Below are positions 27,301-42,300 of a stretch of 64,000 nucleotides of DNA, piece by piece (position 1 is the stretch's first letter; every line of letters starts with the position of its first letter). The stretch is from Auanema rhodensis (taxonomy: Eukaryota; Animalia; Nematoda). Below the pieces are notes generated by a model. The model was not told the origin of the DNA and ran no database searches. It worked only from the letters and a program-made list of their open reading frames with translations. The stretch lies in contig OZ059894.1 in NCBI GenBank assembly GCA_964057225.1, forward strand, positions 21,266,001 through 21,330,000. The letters are read 5' to 3'. The position numbers and the translations under genes were made by a program.

Positions 27301-30300
27301 TTTTTAAGCTAGCGCAAATCTGATAACACAGATCGACGCAGCTTAAAAATCCGCATCGAATGCACTATACTACATTGAGAAACGCTTAATACAAAAATTA
27401 GTTATGATCGTTTGAAAAATGATGCATTAGTGTATGTTGAGTTTCCATGTACACTCAACATTGCTTCCAAAAACATTTTGACAAAAATTTTTTCGAAAAA
27501 TTTCAGAATAATTCAGCAAAAAGTAGATGTTTTTAGATTCCTTTTTCCAAGGCAAAGACGATGGACAATGTTATTCAACGAAAAAATTAATTCTTCAGGG
27601 TGAAAATCGAGGATATAAGTGTGAACTTATATCAGTTGATATCTCGGTGCATTTTTAAGCTAGCGCAAATCTGATAACACAGATCGACGCAGCTTAAAAA
27701 TCCGCATCGAATGCACTATACTACATTGAGAAACGTTTGATACAAAAATTAGTTATGATCGTTTGAAAAATGATGCATTAGTGTATGTTGAGTTTCCATG
27801 TACACTCAACATTGCTTCCAAAAACATTTTGACAAAAATTTTTTCGAAAAATTTCAGAATAATTCAGCAAAAAGTAGATGTTTTTAGATTCCTTTTTCCA
27901 AGGCAAAGACGATGGACAATGTTATTCAACGAAAAAATTAATTCTTCAGGGTGAAAATCGAGGATATAAGTGTGAACTTATATCAGTTGATATCTCGGTG
28001 CATTTTTAAGCTAGCGCAAATCTGATAACACAGATCGACGCAGCTTAAAAATCCGCATCGAATGCACTATACTACATTGAGAAACGCTTAATACAAAAAT
28101 TAGTTATGATCGTTTGAAAAATGATGCATTAGTGTATGTTGAGTTTCCATGTACACTCAACATTGCTTCCAAAAACATTTTGACAAAAATGTTTTCGAAA
28201 AATTTCAGAATAATTCAGCAAAAAGTAGATGTTTTTAGATTCCTTTTTCCAAGGCAAAGACGATGGACAATGTTATTCAACGAAAAAATTAATTCTTCAG
28301 GGTGAAAATCGAGGATATAAGTGTGAACTTATATCAGTTGATATCTCGGTGCATTTTTAAGCTAGCGCAAATCTGATAACACAGATCGACGCAGCTTAAA
28401 AATCCGCATCGAATGCACTATACTACATCAAGAAACTTTTAATACACAAATTAGTTATGATCGTTTGAAAAATGATGCATTAGTGTATGTTGAGTTTCCA
28501 TGTACACTCAACATTGCTTCCAAAAACATTTTGACAAAAATTTTTTCGAAAAATTTCAAAATAATTTAGCAAAAAGTAGATGTTTTTAGATTCCTTTTTC
28601 CAAGGCAAAGACGATGGACAATGTTATTCAACGAAAAAATTAATTCTTCAGGGTGAAAATCGAGGATATAAGTGTGAACTTATATCAGTTGATATCTCGG
28701 TGCATTTTTAAGCTAGCGCAAATCTGATAACACAGATCGACGCAGCTTAAAAATCCGCATCGAATGCACTATACTACATCAAGAAACTTTTAATACACAA
28801 ATTAGTTATGATCGTTTGAAAAATGATGCATTAGTGTATGTTGAGTTTCCATGTACACTCAACATTGCTTCCAAAAACATTTTGACAAAAATTTTTTCGA
28901 AAAATTTCAAAATAATTTAGCAAAAAGTAGATGTTTTTGGATTCCTTTTTTTAAGGCAAAGACGATGGACAATGTTATTCAACGAAAAAATTAATTCTTC
29001 AGGGTGAAAATCGAGGATATAAGTGTGAACTTATATCAGTTGATATCTCGGTGCATTTTTAAGCTAGCGCAAATCTGATAACACAGATCGACGCAGCTTA
29101 AAAATCCGCATCGAATGCACTATACTACATTGAGAAACGCTTAATACAAAAATTAGTTATGATCGTTTGAAAAATGATGCATTAGTGTATGTTGAGTTTC
29201 CATGTACACTCAACATTGCTTCCAAAAACATTTTGACAAAAATTTTTTCGAAAAATTTCAAAATAATTTAGCAAAAAGTAGATGTTTTTAGATTTCTTTT
29301 TTCAAGGCAAAGACGATGGACAATGTTATTCAACGAAAAAATTAATTCTTCAGGGTGAAAATCGAGGATATAAGTGTAAACTTATATCAGTTGATATCTC
29401 GGTGCATTTTTAAGCTAGCGCAAATCTGATAACACAGATCGACGCAGCTTAAAAATCCGCATCGTATGCACTATACTACATTGAGAAACGCTTAATACAA
29501 AAATTAGTTATGATCGTTTGAAAAATGATGCATTAGTGTATGTTGAGTTTCCATGTACACTCAACATTGCTTCCAAAAACATTTTGACAAAAATTTTTTC
29601 GAAAAATTTCAGAATAATTCAGCAAAAAGTAGATGTTTTTAGATTCCTTTTTCCAAGGCAAAGACGATGGACAATGTTATTCAACGAAAAAATTAATTCT
29701 TCAGGGTGAAAATCGAGGATATAAGTGTGAACTTATATCAGTTGATATCTCGGTGCATTTTTAAGCTAGCGCAAATCTGATAACACAGATCGACGCAGCT
29801 TAAAAATCCGCATCGAATGCACTATACTACATTGAGAAACGTTTGATACAAAAATTAGTTATGATCGTTTGAAAAATGATGCATTAGTGTATGTTGAGTT
29901 TCCATGTACACTCAACATTGCTTCCAAAAACATTTTGACAAAAATTTTTTCGAAAAATTTCAAAATAATTTAGCAAAAAGTAGATGTTTTTAGATTTCTT
30001 TTTTCAAGGCAAAGACGATGGACAATGTTATTCAACGAAAAAATTAATTCTTCAGGGTGAAAATCGAGGATATAAGTGTAAACTTATATCAGTTGATATC
30101 TCGGTGCATTTTTAAGCTAGCGCAAATCTGATAACACAGATCGACGCAGCTTAAAAATCCGCATCGAATGCACTATACTACATTGAGAAACGCTTAATAC
30201 AAAAATTAGTTATGATCGTTTGAAAAATGATGCATTAGTGTATGTTGAGTTTCCATGTACACTCAACATTGCTTCCAAAAACATTTTGACAAAAATTTTT

Positions 30301-33300
30301 TCGAAAAATTTCAGAATAATTCAGCAAAAAGTAGATGTTTTTAGATTCCTTTTTCCAAGGCAAAGACGATGGACAATGTTATTCAACGAAAAAATTAATT
30401 CTTCAGGGTGAAAATCGAGGATATAAGTGTGAACTTATATCAGTTGATATCTCGGTGCATTTTTAAGCTAGCGCAAATCTGATAACACAGATCGACGCAG
30501 CTTAAAAATCCGCATCGAATGCACTATACTACATTGAGAAACGTTTGATACAAAAATTAGTTATGATCGTTTGAAAAATGATGCATTAGTGTATGTTGAG
30601 TTTCCATGTACACTCAACATTGCTTCCAAAAACATTTTGACAAAAATTTTTTCGAAAAATTTCAGAATAATTCAGCAAAAAGTAGATGTTTTTAGATTCC
30701 TTTTTCCAAGGCAAAGACGATGGACAATGTTATTCAACGAAAAAATTAATTCTTCAGGGTGAAAATCGAGGATATAAGTGTGAACTTATATCAGTTGATA
30801 TCTCGGTGCATTTTTAAGCTAGCGCAAATCTGATAACACAGATCGACGCAGCTTAAAAATCCGCATCGAATGCACTATACTACATTGAGAAACGCTTAAT
30901 ACAAAAATTAGTTATGATCGTTTGAAAAATGATGCATTAGTGTATGTTGAGTTTCCATGTACACTCAACATTGCTTCCAAAAACATTTTGACAAAAATGT
31001 TTTCGAAAAATTTCAGAATAATTCAGCAAAAAGTAGATGTTTTTAGATTCCTTTTTCCAAGGCAAAGACGATGGACAATGTTATTCAACGAAAAAATTAA
31101 TTCTTCAGGGTGAAAATCGAGGATATAAGTGTGAACTTATATCAGTTGATATCTCGGTGCATTTTTAAGCTAGCGCAAATCTGATAACACAGATCGACGC
31201 AGCTTAAAAATCCGCATCGAATGCACTATACTACATTGAGAAACGCTTAATACAAAAATTAGTTATGATCGTTTGAAAAATGATGCATTAGTGTATGTTG
31301 AGTTTCCATGTACACTCAACATTGCTTCCAAAAACATTTTGACAAAAATTTTTTCGAAAAATTTCAGAATAATTCAGCAAAAAGTAGATGTTTTTAGATT
31401 CCTTTTTCCAAGGCAAAGACGATGGACAATGTTATTCAACGAAAAAATTAATTCTTCAGGGTGAAAATCGAGGATATAAGTGTGAACTTATATCAGTTGA
31501 TATCTCGGTGCATTTTTAAGCTAGCGCAAATCTGATAACACAGATCGACGCAGCTTAAAAATCCGCATCGAATGCACTATACTACATTGAGAAACGTTTG
31601 ATACAAAAATTAGTTATGATCGTTTGAAAAATGATGCATTAGTGTATGTTGAGTTTCCATGTACACTCAACATTGCTTCCAAAAACATTTTGACAAAAAT
31701 TTTTTCGAAAAATTTCAGAATAATTCAGCAAAAAGTAGATGTTTTTAGATTCCTTTTTCCAAGGCAAAGACGATGGACAATGTTATTCAACGAAAAAATT
31801 AATTCTTCAGGGTGAAAATCGAGGATATAAGTGTGAACTTATATCAGTTGATATCTCGGTGCATTTTTAAGCTAGCGCAAATCTGATAACACAGATCGAC
31901 GCAGCTTAAAAATCCGCATCGAATGCACTATACTACATTGAGAAACGTTTGATACAAAAATTAGTTATGATCGTTTGAAAAATGATGCATTAGTGTATGT
32001 TGAGTTTCCATGTACACTCAACATTGCTTCCAAAAACATTTTGACAAAAATTTTTTCGAAAAATTTCAAAATAATTTAGCAAAAAGTAGATGTTTTTAGA
32101 TTTCTTTTTTCAAGGCAAAGACGATGGACAATGTTATTCAACGAAAAAATTAATTCTTCAGGGTGAAAATCGAGGATATAAGTGTAAACTTATATCAGTT
32201 GATATCTCGGTGCATTTTTAAGCTAGCGCAAATCTGATAACACAGATCGACGCAGCTTAAAAATCCGCATCGAATGCACTATACTACATTGAGAAACGCT
32301 TAATACAAAAATTAGTTATGATCGTTTGAAAAATGATGCATTAGTGTATGTTGAGTTTCCATGTACACTCAACATTGCTTCCAAAAACATTTTGACAAAA
32401 ATTTTTTCGAAAAATTTCAGAATAATTCAGCAAAAAGTAGATGTTTTTAGATTCCTTTTTCCAAGGCAAAGACGATGGACAATGTTATTCAACGAAAAAA
32501 TTAATTCTTCAGGGTGAAAATCGAGGATATAAGTGTGAACTTATATCAGTTGATATCTCGGTGCATTTTTAAGCTAGCGCAAATCTGATAACACAGATCG
32601 ACGCAGCTTAAAAATCCGCATCGAATGCACTATACTACATTGAGAAACGTTTGATACAAAAATTAGTTATGATCGTTTGAAAAATGATGCATTAGTGTAT
32701 GTTGAGTTTCCATGTACACTCAACATTGCTTCCAAAAACATTTTGACAAAAATTTTTTCGAAAAATTTCAAAATAATTTAGCAAAAAGTAGATGTTTTTA
32801 GATTCCTTTTTTTAAGGCAAAGACGATGGACAATGTTATTCAACGAAAAAATTAATTCTTCAGGGTGAAAATCGAGGATATAAGTGTGAACTTATATCAG
32901 TTGATATCTCGGTGCATTTTTAAGCTAGCGCAAATCTGATAACACAGATCGACGCAGCTTAAAAATCCGCATCGAATGCACTATACTACATTGAGAAACG
33001 CTTAATACACAAATTAGTTATGATCGTTTGAAAAATGATGCATTAGTGTATGTTGAGTTTCCATGTACACTCAACATTGCTTCCAAAAACATTTTGACAA
33101 AAATTTTTTCGAAAAATTTCAAAATAATTTAGCAAAAAGTAGATGTTTTTAGATTTCTTTTTTCAAGGCAAAGACGATGGACAATGTTATTCAACGAAAA
33201 AATTAATTCTTCAGGGTGAAAATCGAGGATATAAGTGTAAACTTATATCAGTTGATATCTCGGTGCATTTTTAAGCTAGCGCAAATCTGATAACACAGAT

Positions 33301-36300
33301 CGACGCAGCTTAAAAATCCGCATCGAATGCACTATACTACATTGAGAAACGCTTAATACAAAAATTAGTTATGATCGTTTGAAAAATGATGCATTAGTGT
33401 ATGTTGAGTTTCCATGTACACTCAACATTGCTTCCAAAAACATTTTGACAAAAATTTTTTCGAAAAATTTCAGAATAATTCAGCGAAAAGTAGATGTTTT
33501 TAGATTCCTTTTTCCAAGGCAAAGACGATGGACAATGTTATTCAACGAAAAAATTAATTCTTCAGGGTGAAAATCGAGGATATATGTGTGAACTTATATC
33601 AGTTGATATCTCGGTGCATTTTTAAGCTAGCGCAAATCTGATAACACAGATCGACGCAGCTTAAAAATCCGCATCGAATGCACTATACTACATTGAGAAA
33701 CGTTTGATACAAAAATTAGTTATGATCGTTTGAAAAATGATGCATTAGTGTATGTTGAGTTTCCATGTACACTCAACATTGCTTCCAAAAACATTTTGAC
33801 AAAAATTTTTTCGAAAAATTTCAAAATAATTTAGCAAAAAGTAGATGTTTTTAGATTTCTTTTTTCAAGGCAAAGACGATGGACAATGTTATTCAACGAA
33901 AAAATTAATTCTTCAGGGTGAAAATCGAGGATATAAGTGTAAACTTATATCAGTTGATATCTCGGTGCATTTTTAAGCTAGCGCAAATCTGATAACACAG
34001 ATCGACGCAGCTTAAAAATCCGCATCGAATGCACTATACTACATTGAGAAACGCTTAATACAAAAATTAGTTATGATCGTTTGAAAAATGATGCATTAGT
34101 GTATGTTGAGTTTCCATGTACACTCAACATTGCTTCCAAAAACATTTTGACAAAAATTTTTTCGAAAAATTTCAGAATAATTCAGCAAAAAGTAGATGTT
34201 TTTAGATTCCTTTTTCCAAGGCAAAGACGATGGACAATGTTATTCAACGAAAAAATTAATTCTTCAGGGTGAAAATCGAGGATATAAGTGTGAACTTATA
34301 TCAGTTGATATCTCGGTGCATTTTTAAGCTAGCGCAAATCTGATAACACAGATCGACGCAGCTTAAAAATCCGCATCGAATGCACTATACTACATTGAGA
34401 AACGTTTGATACAAAAATTAGTTATGATCGTTTGAAAAATGATGCATTAGTGTATGTTGAGTTTCCATGTACACTCAACATTGCTTCCAAAAACATTTTG
34501 ACAAAAATTTTTTCGAAAAATTTCAGAATAATTCAGCAAAAAGTAGATGTTTTTAGATTCCTTTTTCCAAGGCAAAGACGATGGACAATGTTATTCAACG
34601 AAAAAATTAATTCTTCAGGGTGAAAATCGAGGATATAAGTGTGAACTTATATCAGTTGATATCTCGGTGCATTTTTAAGCTAGCGCAAATCTGATAACAC
34701 AGATCGACGCAGCTTAAAAATCCGCATCGAATGCACTATACTACATTGAGAAACGTTTGATACAAAAATTAGTTATGATCGTTTGAAAAATGATGCATTA
34801 GTGTATGTTGAGTTTCCATGTACACTCAACATTGCTTCCAAAAACATTTTGACAAAAATTTTTTCGAAAAATTTCAAAATAATTTAGCAAAAAGTAGATG
34901 TTTTTAGATTTCTTTTTTCAAGGCAAAGACGATGGACAATGTTATTCAACGAAAAAATTAATTCTTCAGGGTGAAAATCGAGGATTTAAGTGTAAACTTA
35001 TATCAGTTGATATCTCGGTGCATTTTTAAGCTAGCGCAAATCTGATAACACAGATCGACGCAGCTTAAAAATCCGCATCGAATGCACTATACTACATTGA
35101 GAAACGCTTAATACAAAAATTAGTTATGATCGTTTGAAAAATGATGCATTAGTGTATGTTGAGTTTCCATGTACACTCAACATTGCTTCCAAAAACATTT
35201 TGACAAAAATTTTTTCGAAAAATTTCAGAATAATTCAGCAAAAAGTAGATGTTTTTAGATTCCTATTTCCAAGGCAAAGACGATGGACAATGTTATTCAA
35301 CGAAAAAATTAATTCTTCAGGGTGAAAATCGAGGATATAAGTGTGAACTTATATCAGTTGATATCTCGGTGCATTTTTAAGCTAGCGCAAATCTGATAAC
35401 ACAGATCGACGCAGCTTAAAAATCCGCATCGAATGCACTATACTACATTGAGAAACGTTTGATACAAAAATTAGTTATGATCGTTTGAAAAATGATGCAT
35501 TAGTGTATGTTGAGTTTCCATGTACACTCAACATTGCTTCCAAAAACATTTTGACAAAAATTTTTTCGAAAAATTTCAGAATAATTCAGCAAAAAGTAGA
35601 TGTTTTTAGATTCCTTTTTCCAAGGCAAAGACGATGGACAATGTTATTCAACGAAAAAATTAATTCTTCAGGGTGAAAATCGAGGATATAAGTGTGAACT
35701 TATATCAGTTGATATCTCGGTGCATTTTTAAGCTAGCGCAAATCTGATAACACAGATCGACGCAGCTTAAAAATCCGCATCGAATGCACTATACTACATT
35801 GAGAAACGTTTGATACAAAAATTAGTTATGATCGTTTGAAAAATGATGCATTAGTGTATGTTGAGTTTCCATGTACACTCAACATTGCTTCCAAAAACAT
35901 TTTGACAAAAATTTTTTCGAAAAATTTCAAAATAATTTAGCAAAAAGTAGATGTTTTTAGATTCCTTTTTTTAAGGCAAAGACGATGGACAATGTTATTC
36001 AACGAAAAAATTAATTCTTCAGGGTGAAAATCGAGGATATAAGTGTGAACTTATATCAGTTGATATCTCGGTGCATTTTTAAGCTAGCGCAAATCTGATA
36101 ACACAGATCGACGCAGCTTAAAAATCCGCATTGAATGCACTATACTACATTGAGAAACGTTTGATACAAAAATTAGTTATGATCGTTTGAAAAATGATGC
36201 ATTAGTGTATGTTGAGTTTCCATGTACACTCAACATTGCTTCCAAAAACATTTTGACAAAAATTTTTTCGAAAAATTTCAAAATAATTTAGCAAAAAGTA

Positions 36301-39300
36301 GATGTTTTTAGATTCCTTTTTTTAAGGCAAAGACGATGGACAATGTTATTCAACGAAAAAATTAATTCTTCAGGGTGAAAATCGAGGATATAAGTGTAAA
36401 CTTATATCAGTTGATATCTCGGTGCATTTTTAAGCTAGCGCAAATCTGATAACACAGATCGACGCAGCTTAAAAATCCGCATCGAATGCACTATACTACA
36501 TTGAGAAACGCTTAATACAAAAATTAGTTATGATCGTTTGAAAAATGATGCATTAGTGTATGTTGAGTTTCCATGTACACTCAACATTGCTTCCAAAAAC
36601 ATTTTGACAAAAATTTTTTCGAAAAATTTCAGAATAATTCAGCAAAAAGTAGATGTTTTTAGATTCCTTTTTCCAAGGCAAAGACGATGGACAATGTTAT
36701 TCAACGAAAAAATTAATTCTTCAGGGTGAAAATCGAGGATATAAGTGTGAACTTATATCAGTTGATATCTCGGTGCATTTTTAAGCTAGCGCAAATCTGA
36801 TAACACAGATCGACGCAGCTTAAAAATCCGCATCGAATGCACTATACTACATTGAGAAACGCTTAATACACAAATTAGTTATGATCGTTTGAAAAATGAT
36901 GCATTAGTGTATGTTGAGTTTCCATGTACACTCAACATTGCTTCCAAAAACATTTTGACAAAAATTTTTTCGAAAAATTTCAAAATAATTTAGCAAAAAG
37001 TAGATGTTTTTAGATTTCTTTTTTCAAGGCAAAGACGATGGACAATGTTATTCAACGAAAAAATTAATTCTTCAGGGTGAAAATCGAGGATATAAGTGTG
37101 AACTTATATCAGTTGATATCTCGGTGCATTTTTAAGCTAGCGCAAATCTGATAACACAGATCGACGCAGCTTAAAAATCCGCATCGAATGCACTATACTA
37201 CATTGAGAAACGTTTGATACAAAAATTAGTTATGATCGTTTGAAAAATGATGCATTAGTGTATGTTGAGTTTCCATGTACACTCAACATTGCTTCCAAAA
37301 ACATTTTGACAAAAATTTTTTCGAAAAATTTCAAAATAATTTAGCAAAAAGTAGATGTTTTTAGATTTCTTTTTTCAAGGCAAAGACGATGGACAATGTT
37401 ATTCAACGAAAAAATTAATTCTTCAGGGTGAAAATCGAGGATATAAGTGTGAACTTATATCAGTTGATATCTCGGTGCATTTTTAAGCTAGCGCAAATCT
37501 GATAACACAGATCGACGCAGCTTAAAAATCCGCATCGAATGCACTATACTACATTGAGAAACGCTTAATACACAAATTAGTTATGATCGTTTGAAAAATG
37601 ATGCATTAGTGTATGTTGAGTTTCCATGTACACTCAACATTGCTTCCAAAAACATTTTGACAAAAATTTTTTCGAAAAATTTCAAAATAATTTAGCAAAA
37701 AGTAGATGTTTTTAGATTTCTTTTTTCAAGGCAAAGACGATGGACAATGTTATTCAACGAAAAAATTAATTCTTCAGGGTGAAAATCGAGGATATAAGTG
37801 TAAACTTATATCAGTTGATATCTCGGTGCATTTTTAAGCTAGCGCAAATCTGATAACACAGATCGACGCAGCTTAAAAATCCGCATCGAATGCACTATAC
37901 TACATTGAGAAACGCTTAATACAAAAATTAGTTATGATCGTTTGAAAAATGATGCATTAGTGTATGTTGAGTTTCCATGTACACTCAACATTGCTTCCAA
38001 AAACATTTTGACAAAAATTTTTTCGAAAAATTTCAGAATAATTCAGCAAAAAGTAGATGTTTTTAGATTCCTTTTTCCAAGGCAAAGACGATGGACAATG
38101 TTATTCAACGAAAAAATTAATTCTTCAGGGTGAAAATCGAGGATATAAGTGTGAACTTATATCAGTTGATATCTCGGTGCATTTTTAAGCTAGCGCAAAT
38201 CTGATAACACAGATCGACGCAGCTTAAAAATCCGCATCGAATGCACTATACTACATTGAGAAACGCTTAATACACAAATTAGTTATGATCGTTTGAAAAA
38301 TGATGCATTAGTGTATGTTGAGTTTCCATGTACACTCAACATTGCTTCCAAAAACATTTTGACAAAAATTTTTTCGAAAAATTTCAAAATAATTTAGCAA
38401 AAAGTAGATGTTTTTAGATTTCTTTTTTCAAGGCAAAGACGATGGACAATGTTATTCAACGAAAAAATTAATTCTTCAGGGTGAAAATCGAGGATATAAG
38501 TGTAAACTTATATCAGTTGATATCTCGGTGCATTTTTAAGCTAGCGCAAATCTGATAACACAGATCGACGCAGCTTAAAAATCCGCATCGAATGCACTAT
38601 ACTACATTGAGAAACGCTTAATACAAAAATTAGTTATGATCGTTTGAAAAATGATGCATTAGTGTATGTTGAGTTTCCATGTACACTCAACATTGCTTCC
38701 AAAAACATTTTGACAAAAATTTTTTCGAAAAATTTCAGAATAATTCAGCAAAAAGTAGATGTTTTTAGATTCCTTTTTCCAAGGCAAAGACGATGGACAA
38801 TGTTATTCAACGAAAAAATTAATTCTTCAGGGTGAAAATCGAGGATATAAGTGTGAACTTATATCAGTTGATATCTCGGTGCATTTTTAAGCTAGCGCAA
38901 ATCTGATAACACAGATCGACGCAGCTTAAAAATCCGCATCGAATGCACTATACTACATTGAGAAACGTTTGATACAAAAATTAGTTATGATCGTTTGAAA
39001 AATGATGCATTAGTGTATGTTGAGTTTCCATGTACACTCAACATTGCTTCCAAAAACATTTTGACAAAAATTTTTTCGAAAAATTTCAAAATAATTTAGC
39101 AAAAAGTAGATGTTTTTAGATTTCTTTTTTCAAGGCAAAGACGATGGACAATGTTATTCAACGAAAAAATTAATTCTTCAGGGTGAAAATCGAGGATATA
39201 AGTGTGAACTTATATCAGTTGATATCTCGGTGCATTTTTAAGCTAGCGCAAATCTGATAACACAGATCGACGCAGCTTAAAAATCCGCATCGAATGCACT

Positions 39301-42300
39301 ATACTACATTGAGAAACGCTTAATACACAAATTAGTTATGATCGTTTGAAAAATGATGCATTAGTGTATGTTGAGTTTCCATGTACACTCAACATTGCTT
39401 CCAAAAACATTTTGACAAAAATTTTTTCGAAAAATTTCAAAATAATTTAGCAAAAAGTAGATGTTTTTAGATTTCTTTTTTCAAGGCAAAGACGATGGAC
39501 AATGTTATTCAACGAAAAAATTAATTCTTCAGGGTGAAAATCGAGGATATAAGTGTGAACATATATCAGTTGATATCTCGGTGCATTTTTAAGCTAGCGC
39601 AAATCGGATAACACAGATCGACGCAGCTTAAAAATCCGCATCGAATGCACTATACTACATTGAAAAACGCTTAATACACAAATTAGTTATGATCGTTTGA
39701 AAAATGATGCATTAGTGTATGTTGAGTTTCCATGTACACTCAACATTGCTTCCAAAAACATTTTGACAAAAATTTTTTCGAAAAATTTCAAAATAATTTA
39801 GCAAAAAGTAGATGTTTTTAGATTTCTTTTTTCAAGGCAAAGACGATGGACAATGTTATTCAACGAAAAAATTAATTCTTCAGGGTGAAAATCGAGGATA
39901 TAAGTGTGAACATATATCAGTTGATATCTCGGTGCATTTTTAAGCTAGCGCAAATCTGATAACACAGATCGACGCAGCTTAAAAATCCGCATCGAATGCA
40001 CTATACTACATTGAGAAACGTTTGATACAAAAATTAGTTATGATCGTTTGAAAAATGATGCATTAGTGTATGTTGAGTTTCCATGTACACTCAACATTGC
40101 TTCCAAAAACATTTTGACAAAAATTTTTTCGAAAAATTTCAAAATAATTTAGCAAAAAGTAGATGTTTTTAGATTTCTTTTTTCAAGGCAAAGACGATGG
40201 ACAATGTTATTCAACGAAAAAATTAATTCTTCAGGGTGAAAATCGAGGATATAAGTGTGAACTTATATCAGTTGATATCTCGGTGCATTTTTAAGCTAGC
40301 GCAAATCTGATAACACAGATCGACGCAGCTTAAAAATCCGCATCGAATGCACTATACTACATTGAGAAACGCTTAATACACAAATTAGTTATGATCGTTT
40401 GAAAAATGATGCATTAGTGTATGTTGAGTTTCCATGTACACTCAACATTGCTTCCAAAAACATTTTGACAAAAATTTTTTCGAAAAATTTCAAAATAATT
40501 TAGCAAAAAGTAGATGTTTTTAGATTTCTTTTTTCAAGGCAAAGACGATGGACAATGTTATTCAACGAAAAAATTAATTCTTCAGGGTGAAAATCGAGGA
40601 TATAAGTGTAAACTTATATCAGTTGATATCTCGGTGCATTTTTAAGCTAGCGCACATCTGATAACACAGATCGACGCAGCTTAAAAATCCGCATCGAATG
40701 CACTATACTACATTGAGAAACGCTTAATACACAAATTAGTTATGATCGTTTGAAAAATGATGCATTAGTGTATGTTGAGTTTCCATGTACACTCAACATT
40801 GCTTCCAAAAACATTTTGACAAAAATTTTTTCGAAAAATTTCAAAATAATTTAGCAAAAAGTAGATGTTTTTAGATTTCTTTTTTCAAGGCAAAGACGAT
40901 GGACAATGTTATTCAACGAAAAAATTAATTCTTCAGGGTGAAAATCGAGGATATAAGTGTGAACATATATCAGTTGATATCTCGGTGCATTTTTAAGCTA
41001 GCGCAAATCGGATAACACAGATCGACGCAGCTTAAAAATCCGCATCGAATGCACTATACTACATTGAAAAACGCTTAATACACAAATTAGTTATGATCGT
41101 TTGAAAAATGATGCATTAGTGTATGTTGAGTTTCCATGTACACTCAACATTGCTTCCAAAAACATTTTGACAAAAATTTTTTCGAAAAATTTCAAAATAA
41201 TTTAGCAAAAAGTAGATGTTTTTAGATTTTTTTTTTCAAGGCAAAGACGATGGACAATGTTATTCAACGAAAAAATTAATTCTTCAGGGTGAAAATCGAG
41301 GATATAAGTGTGAACATATATCAGTTGATATCTCGGTGCATTTTTAAGCTAGCGCAAATCGGATAACACAGATCGACGCAGCTTAAAAATCCGCATCGAA
41401 TGCACTATACTACATCAAGAAACTTTTAATACACAAATTAGTTATGATCGTTTGAAAAATGATGCATTAGTGTATGTTGAGTTTCCATGTACACTCAACA
41501 TTGCTTCCAAAAACATTTTGACAAAAATTTTTTCGAAAAATTTCAAAATAATTTAGCAAAAAGTAGATGTTTTTAGATTCCTTTTTTTAAGGCAAAGACG
41601 ATGGACAATGTTATTCAACGAAAAAATTAATTCTTCAGGGTGAAAATCGAGGATATAAGTGTGAACTTATATCAGTTGATATCTCGGTGCATTTTTAAGC
41701 TAGCGCAAATCTGATAACACAGATCGACGCAGCTTAAAAATCCGCATCGAATGCACTATACTACATTGAGAAACGCTTAATACAAAAATTAGTTATTATC
41801 GTTTGAAAAATGATGCATTAGTGTATGTTGAGTTTCCATGTACACTCAACATTGCTTCCAAAAACATTTTGACAAAAATTTTTTCGAAAAATTTCAAAAT
41901 AATTTAGCAAAAAGTAGATGTTTTTAGATTTCTTTTTTCAAGGCAAAGACGATGGACAATGTTATTCAACGAAAAAATTAATTCTTCAGGGTGAAAATCG
42001 AGGATATAAGTGTAAACTTATATCAGTTGATATCTCGGTGCATTTTTAAGCTAGCGCAAATCTGATAACACAGATCGACGCAGCTTAAAAATCCGCATCG
42101 AATGCACTATACTACATTGAGAAACGCTTAATACAAAAATTAGTTATGATCGTTTGAAAAATGATGCATTAGTGTATGTTGAGTTTCCATGTACACTCAA
42201 CATTGCTTCCAAAAACATTTTGATAAAAATTTTTTCGAAAAATTTCAGAATAATTCAGCAAAAAGTAGATGTTTTTAGATTCCTTTTTCCGAGGCAAAGA

